A stretch of 64,000 nt of DNA, taken from Rhizaria sp. SCN 62-66 (Eukaryota). The position numbers and the translations under genes were made by a program. Shown in pieces: positions 1 to 13,200 of the stretch (positions within the stretch are counted from its first letter, which is position 1; each line of letters begins with the position of its first letter). The notes below the pieces were generated by a model. It made no database searches. It was not told the origin of the DNA and was given only the letters and a program-made list of their open reading frames with translations. The stretch spans positions 1 to 64,000 of the forward strand of contig MEDY01000157.1 in assembly GCA_001724265.1 (NCBI GenBank), read 5' to 3'.

Positions 1-313
1 TTGACGATTATTTCACAGAGATTTCTATTGTGGAAGTTACCTGCCGAAAACTGCGTTTTTGGCGTTTTTTAGTTGACGCTACATAGGGGTTACATGTATT
101 GATGCTCGGACATCGAGATTAGTTATAGTTCACAAATCTATTAAACAACGTCGAGCGTATCATTAAGACTCCAGCTATAATACCCGTATAATATACATCC
201 TGATTCAACTCTTGACAGTGATTCCGTTGCAATAGCACAGAAACGTGACAAGTGACAAGTTTTTTACGGGTACAAGTCACAGTCGTCACGGTAGTCGCTA
301 TGTGGTGCAGTCT

Positions 314-3300
314 TTACTTCTTGCGCGCGAGTGTGCGCTGCTTCTCGGGCGCTGCGACGACGACCTCATCGACCAGCAGTCCCTTGCGCTTGCGGATCTG
401 CAGCACTAAGTCGCGCGCAATGTTGCGTGACTTGTCACCGTCGACGCCGAACTCCTCGATCTCGTCCTCGGTGACGGGCGTGTAGTACGGGTCCGCGGCC
501 ACCGTCTCCCAGTGCGAAAACACCAGCAGCGGGTTGGTCACGCCGCCCGTCTGCTTGCGCACGTCGCTGGCAAAGCCGAAGCTGGCCTGCACCGGCAGCA
601 CGGCCTTGATCGTGTAGAACGACGTGCCTTCGATGATCTGCGTCTCCTCCACCGCGCGCCCGCGCCGCTTGGACAGGACCGAGAAAATCCCGCCCAGATT
701 CTGGTCTGTGCACTCCATCGTGGCTGAGAACATGGCCTCAACAAGCCTCCGCGGCTTAGCTTCGAACGCGACCGTGCATGCGTCGCGGACAGCGTTGAGG
801 ACCTGGCCCTGGAGCGGGCCGCTGGGGTCGGCGCCCCAGTTGGCCGTGTCCCAAGGCGTCACCTCGGCCTGCTCCAGCACGTAGCACGTGCCCGTCATCG
901 GCTCGTTGCAGATGGGGCCTGCGGCCGTGGCGAGCTGGAAGCCTTGCGCCACGGCGTGGTCCGCGAGGCGCAGGTAGCGCACCGAAGCCTCGAGTGCGCT
1001 CAGCTGCGCAGGCGTCACCGTGAGATCGGCCACGACGGCGCTCGTGGTGGCGGCGTCGGAGTGGCTGTGCCTGTTATGCGCGGGGACGGCGCAGGGCACG
1101 ATCAGAGGCGCGCGCGCGGGCTCGCCGGTCTCTGCGTCGTACACCTGCGTGGCGACGCCGTGCACGGAGGCCGCGTCCAGCCACGCCGCCGCGCGCACCC
1201 ACTGGCTCATCTCAGTGGCCGCAGCAGTTGCAGAGGCAGCCGCTCTAGGTTCACTCGCGCTCGCGCCCGCAGCCGTAGCTGCAGCTGCAGTGTGCGCAGC
1301 AGTGGCGGTCGTGCTGAGGCTGATGTGGTTGACGGCCGTAAGCGCCGCGCCATAGGCCAGCCCGGCAGCCTTGTTGACGAGAACGTTGGAGCCGTAGCCC
1401 TTGGGGCCGAACGCGCAGATGTAGTTAACGATCTCGCCGGAGTCGATCAGACGGCGCGCCGAGGGTATCGGGGCAGACAAGGCGCCCAGCAAATCATCAA
1501 TGCTCACGGTCACTATGGTTGCCTGGGCAGCAACGGCCTCGGCAGCAGCAGCAGCAGCAGCGGCGGCAGACGCTTGCTCAGTCGCAGTCGCCGCGGGCTC
1601 CGTCGCCGCAGCAGCGCTCCCGGCGCTGGCGCTGGCGCTCGAGTGCGTCGCGTTGGCAGTAGAGGCAGTCTTGAAGGTGCGCACCAGCTTGTTGAAGAAC
1701 GCGGTCTCTTCCTCGGTCAGCGCCGCCACGCCCTTGACAGCCGCACCCTCATCCTCGTCGTCCTCCTCTTCGTTGTCGTCGTTGCCGTCGTGGTGAGCGT
1801 TCGAGTGCGCGCCGACGCCCGCAGCCACCGCATCCGCCGCGGCCGCGGCCTCCGCCGCGCTGCCGCCGCCGCTGACGACGTCGTCCGCGGCGGCGGCCGC
1901 CCGCTGCGCGCGCGCGAGCAGCGCGATGAGCCTGCGGCGGTGGCTGGCCCTGTTGCGCTCGCTCTTGGCGCGAAGCCCGCGCAGCAGCACGGCGTTGGAC
2001 TCGAGCAGCGCCGTCACGGGGCCCGGCAGCGGCAGCAGGCGCAGACGGAAAGAGCAGCACGCGTTGGCCGTTGTGAAGCGCAGGACGCCGCCGCTGCCGC
2101 CCGCGCCCGTCTTGCTCTTCTTCTTCTTGCCGGTGCCCGCAGTCGCCTCGTCCTCCTCGCCACCAACAGCAGCAGCAGCGGCAGGAGCGGCGGCGGCGTC
2201 GCCCGCGTTGGTGTTCGACGTCGAGCTGTCCGCTTCGATGATCGTCTCCTTGAACGCGACGGAGGGCGGGTGCACCTTAAGCTCGACGCCGGGCAGCAGC
2301 GTGTCCTTAAGGTCACGCAGGCAGCGGTCCACGTGCAGCTCGCCCGACGCGGCGATGAAGCTCTCGCCCTGCTCGGTGAAGCCGACCTGGATGTTGGGGT
2401 CGATGACGTCCAGCAGCGCCAGAGCGCGCTCCAGCGCCTTGGCCTGCGAGATGTCCTCCGGCTCCACCACGACTTGCACAATCGGCGACGACTGGAACAC
2501 CAGCGGCCGCAGCGGCGGCAAAGAGGGCAGCGTGGCCAGGGTGGAGAACTTGAAGACGACGTCATCGATGCCCGTGATGCCGATGACGTTGCCCGCATAG
2601 GCCGTGGCGAGGTGCTGCGTGTCGCGCCCCATGAGCGTGAAGCAGTTGATCTTGGAAGAGTCCAGAGTCAAAATCTAAGGAAGCAAACATAACAAAAGCA
2701 GAACAAAAGATGTTAGAACAGATCTGAACACACAAAGAAAGTGAATACAAACATCTATGTAAATAAGTCCATCAGTATTGACAATATTTTGTGCGTACCT
2801 GACTCAAATTGGCGGGATCGGTGTCCTCAGGACCGGCGTACTTCGGCCCGTACACAGTGAGCATCTTCTTGCCACTCTGGTCATCCTCGTGCTCGTCCTT
2901 GTGCGCACCCGCCTCCGCGCCAGAGGAGAGGAAGGAGCCCGCAAAGACGCGCGCGAGGGCCATGAAGCGCGGCCCCGCGGCCTGGGGCTGCTTCTTGGGG
3001 ATGACGAAGCCGTCCTGGTCGTACTCCTCCTCCTCCTGGCCCTCAGCGTCGTCGTCGCCGCCCTCGGGCCCGGCGCCCGCGCCGTTGCTGACCGCCGTGT
3101 CCTGGTTGGGGAAGAGCACGGAGGACTTGCCCTGCGTCTGTCCTGGGTGAGCGGCGGCGCGGCTGCCGGACTGCTGCGTCACGCGGCCGCGCATGTACGC
3201 CCCGCGGGTGCCCACCGCGCCGGCGACCGCGCCCGCGGCCGCCGCGGCCGCGCTCACGGCGGGCTTGGGCGGCGGGACCTGGCCGCAGCGCGCGCCCATG

Positions 3301-5901
3301 GCCTGCAGGTCGATCACCTTGACGATGCTGATGATCCCGTGCGGACACCGGCGGTCGCACTGGAACATGCCCAGCGCCAGCCGCTCGCGCGCGCGCTCCG
3401 CAGCGGTCTTGGCCTTCGCATCAGCGCCAGCAGCAGCGTCGGCAAGTCCGTCGCTGTCCGCGTCGTCGAGAGCCTTGACCGCGGCCGCGGCGGCGGTGAC
3501 GGCCTCGGGCTCCGTCTTGGCGGCCTTGACGGCTGTTGGGAGCAGCTGGTAGAGCTGCCCCGCGAGGCGCTTCATGCGCTGGCGCTGCGCCGCGGCCGGG
3601 GAGGGCAGCGCGCGTACTGTCATGCCCAGCAGCGCCTCGCTGACGGGCAGCCAGCGCACGAAGATGTTCTGGATTTTGACGCGGAAGTCGCGCGTCGTAG
3701 CGCCGATGTCGCGCGCGGTGACCGGCAGCCGGTACTCTTCCACGAAGCGAGTGAGGAAGTCCTGGTCGGACGCCAGCGCGGCGCCGTAGAGGGACCACAC
3801 GGGGGAGAAAACGAGCGCCACAGCAAGCGGGGTGTAACCGGTGCTGTCGCCGTCGAGGTCGTCGTCGTCGTCCTCGTCGTCGCTGTCGTCGTCGCCGCGC
3901 TTTTTGTCCTTTTTATCCTTCTTCTCACTCTTCTTGTCCTTCTTGTCCTTTTTGTCGCCCTTCTTGTCCTTCTTGTCTTTCTTCTCACTTTTGGCACTGG
4001 CGGTAGCGCCGCCGTTGTGGCGCGCAGCCTTGGCCTCCTCAAGTCTAACCAGGTCGACAACGCGCTGGCGCTTCTCGTCCCAGGCGTACCGCTCCCACAG
4101 CAGGTGGCACACCGCGGCGTCAGCCTGGGGGCGCACAGGCAAACAGTCGGGATACAACAGCAGGAGTAGAAGCAAAAATAAAGGTTATGTGAGAGAATAT
4201 CGTAGAGACACAATACTTAATGATTCAAAATATCTGTTTTCGAAAATAACAGTGAGATTGAGATTCAACAAAGCAGATGCACTTCTAGGCTTTACAATCT
4301 TGTCGTACCTCTGCGTCAGTTAAGTTGTCCCAATCAACCACAGTCTCGCCCTCATCGTCACCCGCGCTCTTACCAGCGCCGGCGAGGACGCTCTTGCGGT
4401 GCGCGGCGACGACGAGCGGCAGCGCGGGCAGCGCCCGGACGCTGGGCAGCTGCAGCAGCGCCCGGTAGCGTGGCGCGAGCTGCGGCAGCGTCAGGGCCCA
4501 CGAGTCGACGCTCGAGACGAAGGCGACGTTGCCCGCCGCGGGGGCAAAGACCCACTGTTGCGACTGGTCGATGCTCACGGCGTACTTGTCGCTCACACCC
4601 GCAACGGCCTTCGTCCTGGTCTTGGAGGCCGCGGCCGAGCTAGAGCTCGAACTAGAGCCGCTAGATGTTCCTGCAGCAGAGCTTTTGTCGCTCTTTTTGT
4701 CTTTCTTGTCCTTTTTGTCCTTCTTATCCTTCTTGTCACTCTTACCCCCCGCAGCCGCATCAGCCTCAGCCTCGTGCTCATGCTCAGGCTCCGGCTCGGC
4801 CTCGGCAGCCTCGACGACACTCGCACTGGCAGCGGGCGCGGTCGCATTCGCGGCGGCAGTAGCGTCCTCAGTGGCGGCGCTGTCCATGGCGTCCGCGGTG
4901 AGGAACGTGGCGACGACGGCGTTGACCTGCTCGATGATGCGCCAGCAGTGCTCCCAAGCCTCGCGCGGCGACAGCTTGAGCTCGGCGACGAGCCGGTCGA
5001 GCTTGTTCAGCACGAGACACGGCCGCACGCCCTCGGCCCAGGCCTGCAGCAGCACGGCCTGCGTCTGCACGCTGAAACCCTCGACCACGTCCACGAGCAC
5101 GAAGGCGCCGTCGGAGAGCCGGACCGCGGCGGCGACTTCGCTCGAGAAGTCGACGTGTCCGGGGGAGTCGATCACGTTGACCAGGAAGTGCGGCCGGCGC
5201 GGCGCCGTGCTGGCCCCCGCCGCCGCAGTCGCAGCGGCGGCGGGGGCAGCGGCGGCGGGGGCAGCGGCGGCGGGGGCAGCGGCGGCGGGGGCAGGGGCGC
5301 CGGTGGCGGCGGCTGCGAGCGCAAGACGACGCGCGTTGGCCGCGGCGGTGGCGGCCGCGGCCGCGGCCGCGGCTGCGGTGGCTGCGGTGGCTGCGGCCTC
5401 CTCCGCGGCGGCCGAGGGCGCGATGGCCGCGGGGTCCGCAAAGGCGAGCGGCAGCGTGGCGGTGTCGAGCGCGTGCTGCCAGGGCGCAGCAAGCGCGGCG
5501 CGGTAGGCCAGCGCGATCGACGAGGACTTCATCGTGATTTCGCGCTCCTGCTCGTCGGGGCGCGTGTCCATCATGCGCACTGGAGGGGTGGCGACAGAGA
5601 GATAACAAGATCAAAGAACAAAGAAAGGGGGAGAGAAAAACAATGAAGATATAGTTGGAGCGAGCGTGCTGCATGTGCAAGTAAGAGGATTGTGACCAAT
5701 CATAATCAGGTTTGTTAAGAGCGAGCACGAGAAAGACGAACCTTTGCCAGCAAGCTTGTTTGAGAGAATGCCATTGGTGGTAAGAAGGTGGTCCGTAAGC
5801 GTGGTCTTGCCGTGGTCAACGTGGGCAAGAACACAAATGTTGCGGATGTTGTTGGTGTTTTGTTGCAAGAGGTCCAACACCTCTGGCGTCAACAGGCTCA
5901 T
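314..5901 (-). CDS. EFL1: Elongation factor-like GTPase 1 (60S maturation factor, EF2 paralogue), ~1705 aa, 4 exons
   Basis: Exons 5901-5742, 5579-4309, 4124-2799, 2674-314 join in frame across GT-AG introns. Motifs: [48 protein letters not shown], and the EFL1/RIA1-type C-terminus IRKRKGL...[10 protein letters not shown]. Stop TAA. Confidence 0.95.
3898..3993 (-). repeat. Coding KKD tandem repeat in EFL1; a second copy lies at ~4681-4743
   Basis: Translates [32 protein letters not shown]; exon 2 carries [20 protein letters not shown]. Confidence 0.85.
5231..5293 (-). repeat. 15-bp coding tandem repeat (APAAA) inserted in the EFL1 G domain
   Basis: Unit gcagcggcggcgggg repeated about four times on the + strand. 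Confidence 0.8.
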
Positions 5902-6806
5902 GATTTCGACGGTGAGCCTAGAGTTAGAATATGACACGGAAGAAAAGAAATAGGGTGGGCCAGAAGAAATAATACAGTTTGACCGTTAAAGCGTGTGAGT
6001 AACGTCTGAAAGCTAACGTTGTGGGGCTTGAGGAAGAAAAATTGGCGATGATCAGTTGGTGTTGTCACCACATGCATCACGGCGTTTTCGGCTGTCGACC
6101 AGAGAGGGTAGGACGCACAGTCTGCACACACAATTAAGGCATCTAATAAAAATCAAGTAAACACGTTTATACAGGACGCCAGCACTCTTATCTGGCGATT
6201 ACATCGTGAGGTTGAAGACTCTAGCGTGCGTGCACTCGGAAGCCTCTGACCGTTCGATGACTGGGGCGCAACAACATCGAAATCGTTTGTGGTGGCATCA
6301 CATGTGGCTTGATTTCTCAATACAATCAAGTGTTACAATTGCGATATCCATACCAACTATGAAACGCGCAAGATCTGTATATTATACCCACGTTTTCCAT
6401 GGAACTGTGATTCGTGTTCCTATATCCTATGTTTCTGTCAGAGTCACATGTTGCACAGACAGTATTTCGGCAGATACAACGTTGCCCACACATCATATAT
6501 CTAAGATCTGAGCACACGTTTGTAGGTTATGCCATCGACTTGTTGACAAATAAAGAATGTTAATTCGCCAAAAACGTTGCTTATCCCCAGGATATCGCGG
6601 TTGTTACATCTTGCGTCACGCAATAGCGTCATAAAAAGATTGCCTTAGATACCTCACTAGAGCGTCACAAATGCGAGCAAAATATTGCTGTAATGCTAAA
6701 AGCTATACATGTATTAGGAATGCACAAGAATAATGGATATGAACTTATGTACACCGAGATACTGCAATTTTTTTGTGACTGTGCCAAAGTTGTTGGACGG
6801 TCGAGG

Positions 6807-6831
6807 GCGCCAAATCGTGTGTGTTCGCGCC
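6807..6831. promoter_or_regulatory. Possible E2F-like sites upstream of the Pol epsilon gene
   Basis: GCGCCAAA at 6807-6814 (reverse complement TTTGGCGC fits TTTSSCGC) and TTCGCGCC at 6824-6831, about 430 bp before the ATG. Short motifs that could occur by chance. Confidence 0.25.
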
Positions 6832-7240
6832 ACCCCAACCAGCGCAGTTTCGATTGACTTATCCCACTATTCTCATCGTGAAATCACGTATTAATGAGTG
6901 CGATAGGAAATTATTCTAGATTTCTACCACGCCACAAATTGTCATATTTGGGATTGCTTGCTTTGTGCTTTAAATACTTGATGTCTTTTCCCTTACTTCG
7001 CCCCTACCGACGACCCTTTGCCTCTTTCCATTACTCCCCACAGCTCGACTTTAACAAAGCGTTTGTCACATTTGCACGCGGTTGCCATAACATCATATCT
7101 ACATTTTCTTATTAATCCCGCTGTTTCAGGCTCCAACCTGTTTATAACGGTTCTCTGCAGAGGGTTTTCAACCACCTTCGCACTTTTGCGCCTGCTAACC
7201 TAAGCGCCCCGCGCTCTACTTTCACACACACACACACATA

Positions 7241-10200
7241 ATGTCCGCCTCTAACGCCTCCTCCGGCGGAGGTGGCAGCGGCGCCGGCGGCGGCGACTCT
7301 GGCCCGGCGGCGAAGCGCGGCAAGACGGTCAACCAGCACAACGGCCTAATGCGTCTTGACAACAACAGCAGCAACGACGAGCAAAAGCGCCGCGCCGACG
7401 AGCGCCGCATGCGCCTCTCCAAGGAGGACAAGGTCGATGCTGCCTTTGGCTACACACGCATTACCTCGGGCCCCACACAGACCGGCTTTGTGTTCAACTT
7501 GCGTCAAGTGAACATCAAGGAGGAGGGCGCCGAGCACGAGATTAGCGCGGTCGAATTTTACTTGGTTCGCGACGACGGCAGCACCTTCAAGGCCCTCCGC
7601 GTGTTCATGCCGTACCTGCTGCTGCGTGTCAAGGCCTCGCAGTCGATTGCCGAGCTCGAGGAGTGGCTTGCGCGCCGCTTTGACGGTCTCGTCGCCGCCG
7701 TCGACGTCGTGAAGAAGGAAGATCTCGACTTGGCGAACCACCTCTCCGGCCTGCTGCAGCCGTACGTCAAGCTCTCGTTTAACAACACCAGCGACCTCAT
7801 GGCCGTGCGCCGCGTGCTCTTCCCGGCCGTTATGGCCAACCGCAAGCGCGCTGAGGACACCGCCGCGTACAACGTCGAGCTGACGGACATCCACGGCGGC
7901 GGCAGCAGCACGGACCTGGCCGTCGGCGGCGACAAGCGGCGCCGCATCGATCAGCTCACGGACTCGTTCCTGGACATCCGCGAGTACGACGTCAGCTACA
8001 CACAGCGCGTGGAGATCGACACGGGGCTGCGCGTGGGGCTGTGGTACGACGTGACGCCCGTGCAGGGCAGCGTCAACTGCGAGTTCAAAGACAGGCCAGA
8101 CATCCTGGGTCGTCCGCTGATGAAGGTGTTTGCGTTCGATATCGAGACGAGCAAGTCGCCGCTCAAGTTCCCCGTCGCCGAGGTTGACCCCATCATGATG
8201 ATATCGATCATGCTTGACGGCAAGGGGCTGCTGATCACAAACCGCGAGATCGTGAGCGAAGACATCGAAAACTTCGAGTATACGCCGAAACCAGAGTTCG
8301 ACGGACCGTTCCGCATTATCAACACGGCGAGCGAGAAGAGCATGCTGGAAGAGTTCCTTGCGTACATCAAGGAAGTCAAGCCGCTCGTGTTCGTGACGTA
8401 CAACGGTGACTTTTTCGACTGGCCGTACATCGAGAAGCGCTGCGCTCTCCACGGCATCAACCTCTACGACGAGATCGCGATGAGTTACGACGAGATCTCG
8501 GGCGAGTTTAAGGGCCGCTTTGCAGTGCACCTAGACGCCTTCTACTGGGTCAAGCGTGACTCGTACCTGCCCCAGGGCTCTCACGGCCTTAAGGCCGTGA
8601 CGAAGGCGAAGCTTAAGTACGACCCCGTCGAGCTCGACCCGGAGGACATGCTGCCGTTCGCTCGTGACCGACCACAGGTGCTCGCCTCGTACTCGGTCTC
8701 CGACGCCGTCGCGACGTACTATCTGTACATGAAGTACATCCACCTGTTCATCTTCTCGCTCTGCATCATCATCCCGATGCCGCCCGACGACGTCCTGCGC
8801 CGCGGCTCCGGCACGCTCTGTGAAATGCTGCTTATGGTTAAGGCCTTCGAGTGCAACGTCGTGGCGCCCAACAAGCAGATCGAGCAGCACCAGAAGTTCT
8901 ACGAGGGCCACCTTCTGGAGAGCGAGACGTACATCGGCGGCCACGTCGAATGCCTCGAGTCCGGCATCTTCCGCTCCGACCTCCCCGTTGAGTTCAACCT
9001 CAACGCCAAGAAGCTCCAAGATCTCATCGACAACGTCGACCACGTCATCCGCTTTGCCATCGAGGTCGAAACGGGCGTCGCGTATGAGACTGTGGCGCCC
9101 GAGGCCGTGGCCAAGGTGCGCGACGACATTCTCGACCGGCTCACCGGTCTCCGCGACAAGCCCAACCAAGTACGTCGTCATTCCGCTTAACGCTGCGCCA
9201 TTTCATCGAACTCAATTCAATCGACTTAACTGCTCTACTTTCTTTTCACTTCTTGTCGCGACTATATTATCTTGCTTGTGTATCATATTCGGACTCTCAT
9301 TGTTCCTATCGTTCTTTTTTGTTCTGTCTAGGTCGCTGCGCCGCTGATTTACCATTTAGACGTCGCTGCGATGTACCCCAACATCATTCTAACGAACCGT
9401 CTGCAGCCGTACGCGATGGTGCAGCCCGCGAACTGCGCCGCGTGTGACTTCAACACGCCCGACGCGCAGTGCAAGCGCACGCTGACGTGGGCGTGGCGCG
9501 GCAAGTACTACGTCACGTCCAAGGCCGAGTACAACAGCATTCGCGCCAGCCTCGAGTACGAGGCGCTGACGGCCGCGGAGCAGGAGCAGCACAAGGCGCG
9601 CGTCTTTGCTGACTTGAAGGACGAGGAGCAGGCGGCCAAGGTCAAGAATAGGGTTAAGGTGTATTGTCGCAAGGTCTACAAGAAGCTCACAGAGGAAAAG
9701 GTTGAGTTCCGTCAGGTACGTAATCGTCACTTAAATGCGCAAACAAAATGTCGTCATTTCTATCCTTGAGCTGCAAATTTGATCAGATTTCACTAACACA
9801 TTTTTCTTTTCTCGATTTGCATTGCTCTTGCTCTGTCCAGGCGACGATTTGCCAGCGCGAGCACCCGTTCTACATTGACACCGTCCGCGGCTTCCGTGAC
9901 CGTCGCTACGAGTACAAAGACCTGAACAAGAAGTGGGGCAAGAAGCTCTCCGAGGCCGTCTCCGCGATCGACATCGCGACATGCAAGGACATGATTCTGC
10001 TCTACGACTCGATGCAGCTTGCGCACAAGTGCATTCTCAACTCCTTCTACGGCTACGTGATGCGCAAGGGTGCGCGCTGGTGCTCGATGCCCATGGCCGG
10101 CGTGGTGACCAAGACCGGCGCGAGCATCATCCAATGCGCGACGGACCTCGTCATGGCCGTCGGGCGCCCGCTGGAGCTCGACACGGACGGCATTTGGTGT

Positions 10201-13200
10201 GTGATCCCGGAGCGCTTCCCTGACAACTACACTCTCGAGAGCAAGGACCCTGTCACGGGCGCGGTCAAGAAGGTCTTCCTGAACTACCCTTGCTCCGTGC
10301 TGAACCGCGTTGTCAACCTCGGCTTCAGCAACCACCAGTACCAGACGCTCGACGACGAGGCCAAGCGCACGTACACCATGTCCTCCGAGTGCTCGATTAT
10401 GTTCGAGGTTGACGGGCCGTACCGCGCCATGGTGCTCCCGGCCTCGCAGCACGAGGGCAAGAACATCAAGAAGCGCTACGCCGTGTTCAACAAGGACGGC
10501 TCGCTGGCCGAGCTTAAGGGTTTCGAGATCAAGCGTCGTGGTGAGCTGAAGCTGATCAAGATCTACCAGGGTGAGGTTTTCAAGACTTTCCTCAACGGCG
10601 ACTCGCTTGAAGACTGCTACAAGCACGTCGGTGCCGTCGGCGACCGCTGGTTGGACGTGCTCTACACCAAGGGCGCGGACATCAGCGACCACGACCTGTT
10701 CGACCTCATTTCCGAGAACAAGAGCATGAGCGATACGCTCGAGAGCTACGGCGATGCCCGCTCCACCTCGATCACGTGCGCGCGCCGGCTCGGCGAGTTC
10801 CTGGGCGCGGAAATGGTCAAGGACAAGGGCCTCAACTGCAAGTTCATCGTCTCGCGCATGCCCGCCGGCGCGCCCGTCTCTGAGCGCGCGGTGCCCGTCG
10901 TAATCTTCAGCGCGGAGCCGGCGATCCAGCGCCAATACTTGCGCAAGTGGCTCAAGGACAACTCGCTGACGGATTTCGACCTGCGCAACCTGCTCGACTG
11001 GGAGTACTACATCACGCGTCTTGGCTCGGCGATCCAGAAGATCGTGACGATCCCGGCCGCGTTCCAAGGCGTGGCGAACCCGTGCCCGCGCGTCGCGCAT
11101 CCTGAGTGGCTCGACAAGGCGCTGCGGCGTAAGCGTGACAAGAGCAAGCAGACGAGCCTCAAGGGCTACTTCACTGCTCTAACGGACTCGGCCAGCGCGA
11201 GCAAGAGCAACGGCGGCGACAACAGCGACGGCGACGGCGATGATGACGGCGGCAGCGTCGTCGACATCGAGGATGACGACGAGGCGCACGGCGGCAGCGG
11301 CGAGGGCAAGAGCAAGAGCAAGAGCTCCGGTCTGACCCGCGTCACGCGCCGCCACCGCAACACCGCCGGCGGCTCCAACGGCGGGCTCATCATGGCCGAC
11401 GGCGACGGCGGCGACGACGGCGAGGACGACGAGGAGCGCAAGGAGGCTGTCGCCGACCGCCGCCGCCGCCAGGCTTTCGCGTCCCTCATCGAGGATGACC
11501 CCTTCGACACCAACGCCACCGGCAGCAGCGGTGGCAGCAGCGCCAAGGCGGGCTCGACTGCGGCCACGAGCAAGAAGCAGCAGGAGCGAGCCGACCTGGC
11601 CGCCGCGGCGCTCACGCTCGCGGGCCCCAAGCCCGACATCCAGAAGGACTACAAGGCCTGGCTGCAGTGGCAGAAGGCGCTCTGGCGCGAGCAACGGCGC
11701 GACCGCGCGGCCCGCGAAACGGCGCTCCTGGGCGCGCCGCTGCAGCTGCAGGCGGGCGCGGGCGCGGCAGCCGCGGTGCGCCTGGGCGGCCGCGGCATGA
11801 AGGGGTACGTGGAGGAGGCGGAGCAGGCGGCCGCGAGCCCCTACTGGCAGATCCTCGAGGCGATGCCGTCACCGACCGTGCCCGGCCGCTTCGACGTCTG
11901 GGTGCTGGCCAACAGCAAGCTGGAGCTAATCTCGGTCACCGTGCCGCGCACCTTCTACCTCAACACACACATCGAGAACGCGATGGGCGAGGCCACGGGC
12001 AAGCGCGTCGACCGTGTGCTGCCGCGCGGCCGGCCCTGTCGCTACTTGTACGAGATCACCGTCGAGGAAGGGGAGTTTCTTCGCGACTACAAGGAGGTCC
12101 AGGACTTCACCCATGAGCCATCGGTTGAGGGCCTGTACGAGACGCGCGTGCCGCTCGACTTCACGTTCGTGCTCACCGCGGGCGCCGTATGCCTGCCCAA
12201 GCGCATCCCGGGCCGCGAAGCCTTCGAGCGCCGCAAGGAGTTCACGCTGGAGCAGCTTGTGCCGTACAACGTCTCGCCCATGGCGCCCGTCGCCGCGGCC
12301 GGGCTCAACGCCTTCACGCCGTACTTGACTGACATCGAGCTCAACAAGGTCTTCCTCTACCACATCTCCGCCACCGCGCCCGTCTCCGGCGCCGCCGCGG
12401 CCCAGCAGCCGCAGCAGCAGCAGCAGCAGCGGCACGTGTGGGCGGTGCTGCCCGCGAACGGCACCAAGGGCCTCGTGGTGACCGTGGGCCCCGGCGCCGA
12501 GCGCGTGAACCACAAGCAGCTCTACCTGGCCGCGTGCGAGGCCGTGGGCGCGCCGTTCGACCCTACGGCCGAGTTCGCCGTCGCGCAGCAGGCGGCGCCC
12601 ACGGTTGCGGCCGCGCTGGACCTGGTCAAGGCCGCGCTGCTGCGCTGCAAGAGCGAGGCCGGCGCCGTGCCCAGCGTCGTGCTGGCGCAGACCGCCGAGA
12701 CGCGCGCGCAGCTGGCCGCGGACCTGCCCATGCTGCGGACCGAGTTCCCCGTCGTCATGATTCACAGCAGCGGCCTCGCCGTGGGCGCGAGCGGCGACGG
12801 CGCCGACGGCGGCAACGGCGAGCTGCCGCTGCTGCAGTGGGCTACCGCGGCCTGCAAGCGCATGTACTCGTCGCTGCTCGCGGCCACGGCGTGGTGGCGC
12901 GAGCGGCTTGCGACTGCGCAGCGCGCTAACGTCCCCGTCGGCAACTGCCCCGCCGACCACTCTATGTTCGCGCTCGACGTGTGCTACGCACGTGCGCTCC
13001 GTCAAGTACGTCAACTGTCAATATCAAGTCTATTTTTATCATGCTATATTTCGAATCAATGTTTCTTCTTTTTGCATCTGCTGCAATCTTAATGTTGGCT
13101 CACTCGTTTCTTTTCAATCATTTTTCATTTTTTCCTCCGCAGGCCGGCCACCTGTTGTGGACGAGCGCGGGCGATACGCCCGACGTTGCTGGCACTGAGC

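Noticed and set aside
5902-7240. Small ORFs and a short hairpin (gccag...ctggc near 6178-6196) in the EFL1-POLE spacer
   Set aside because: AT-rich, lacking the codon bias of real genes, with no motifs, terminal repeats or RNA-family features.
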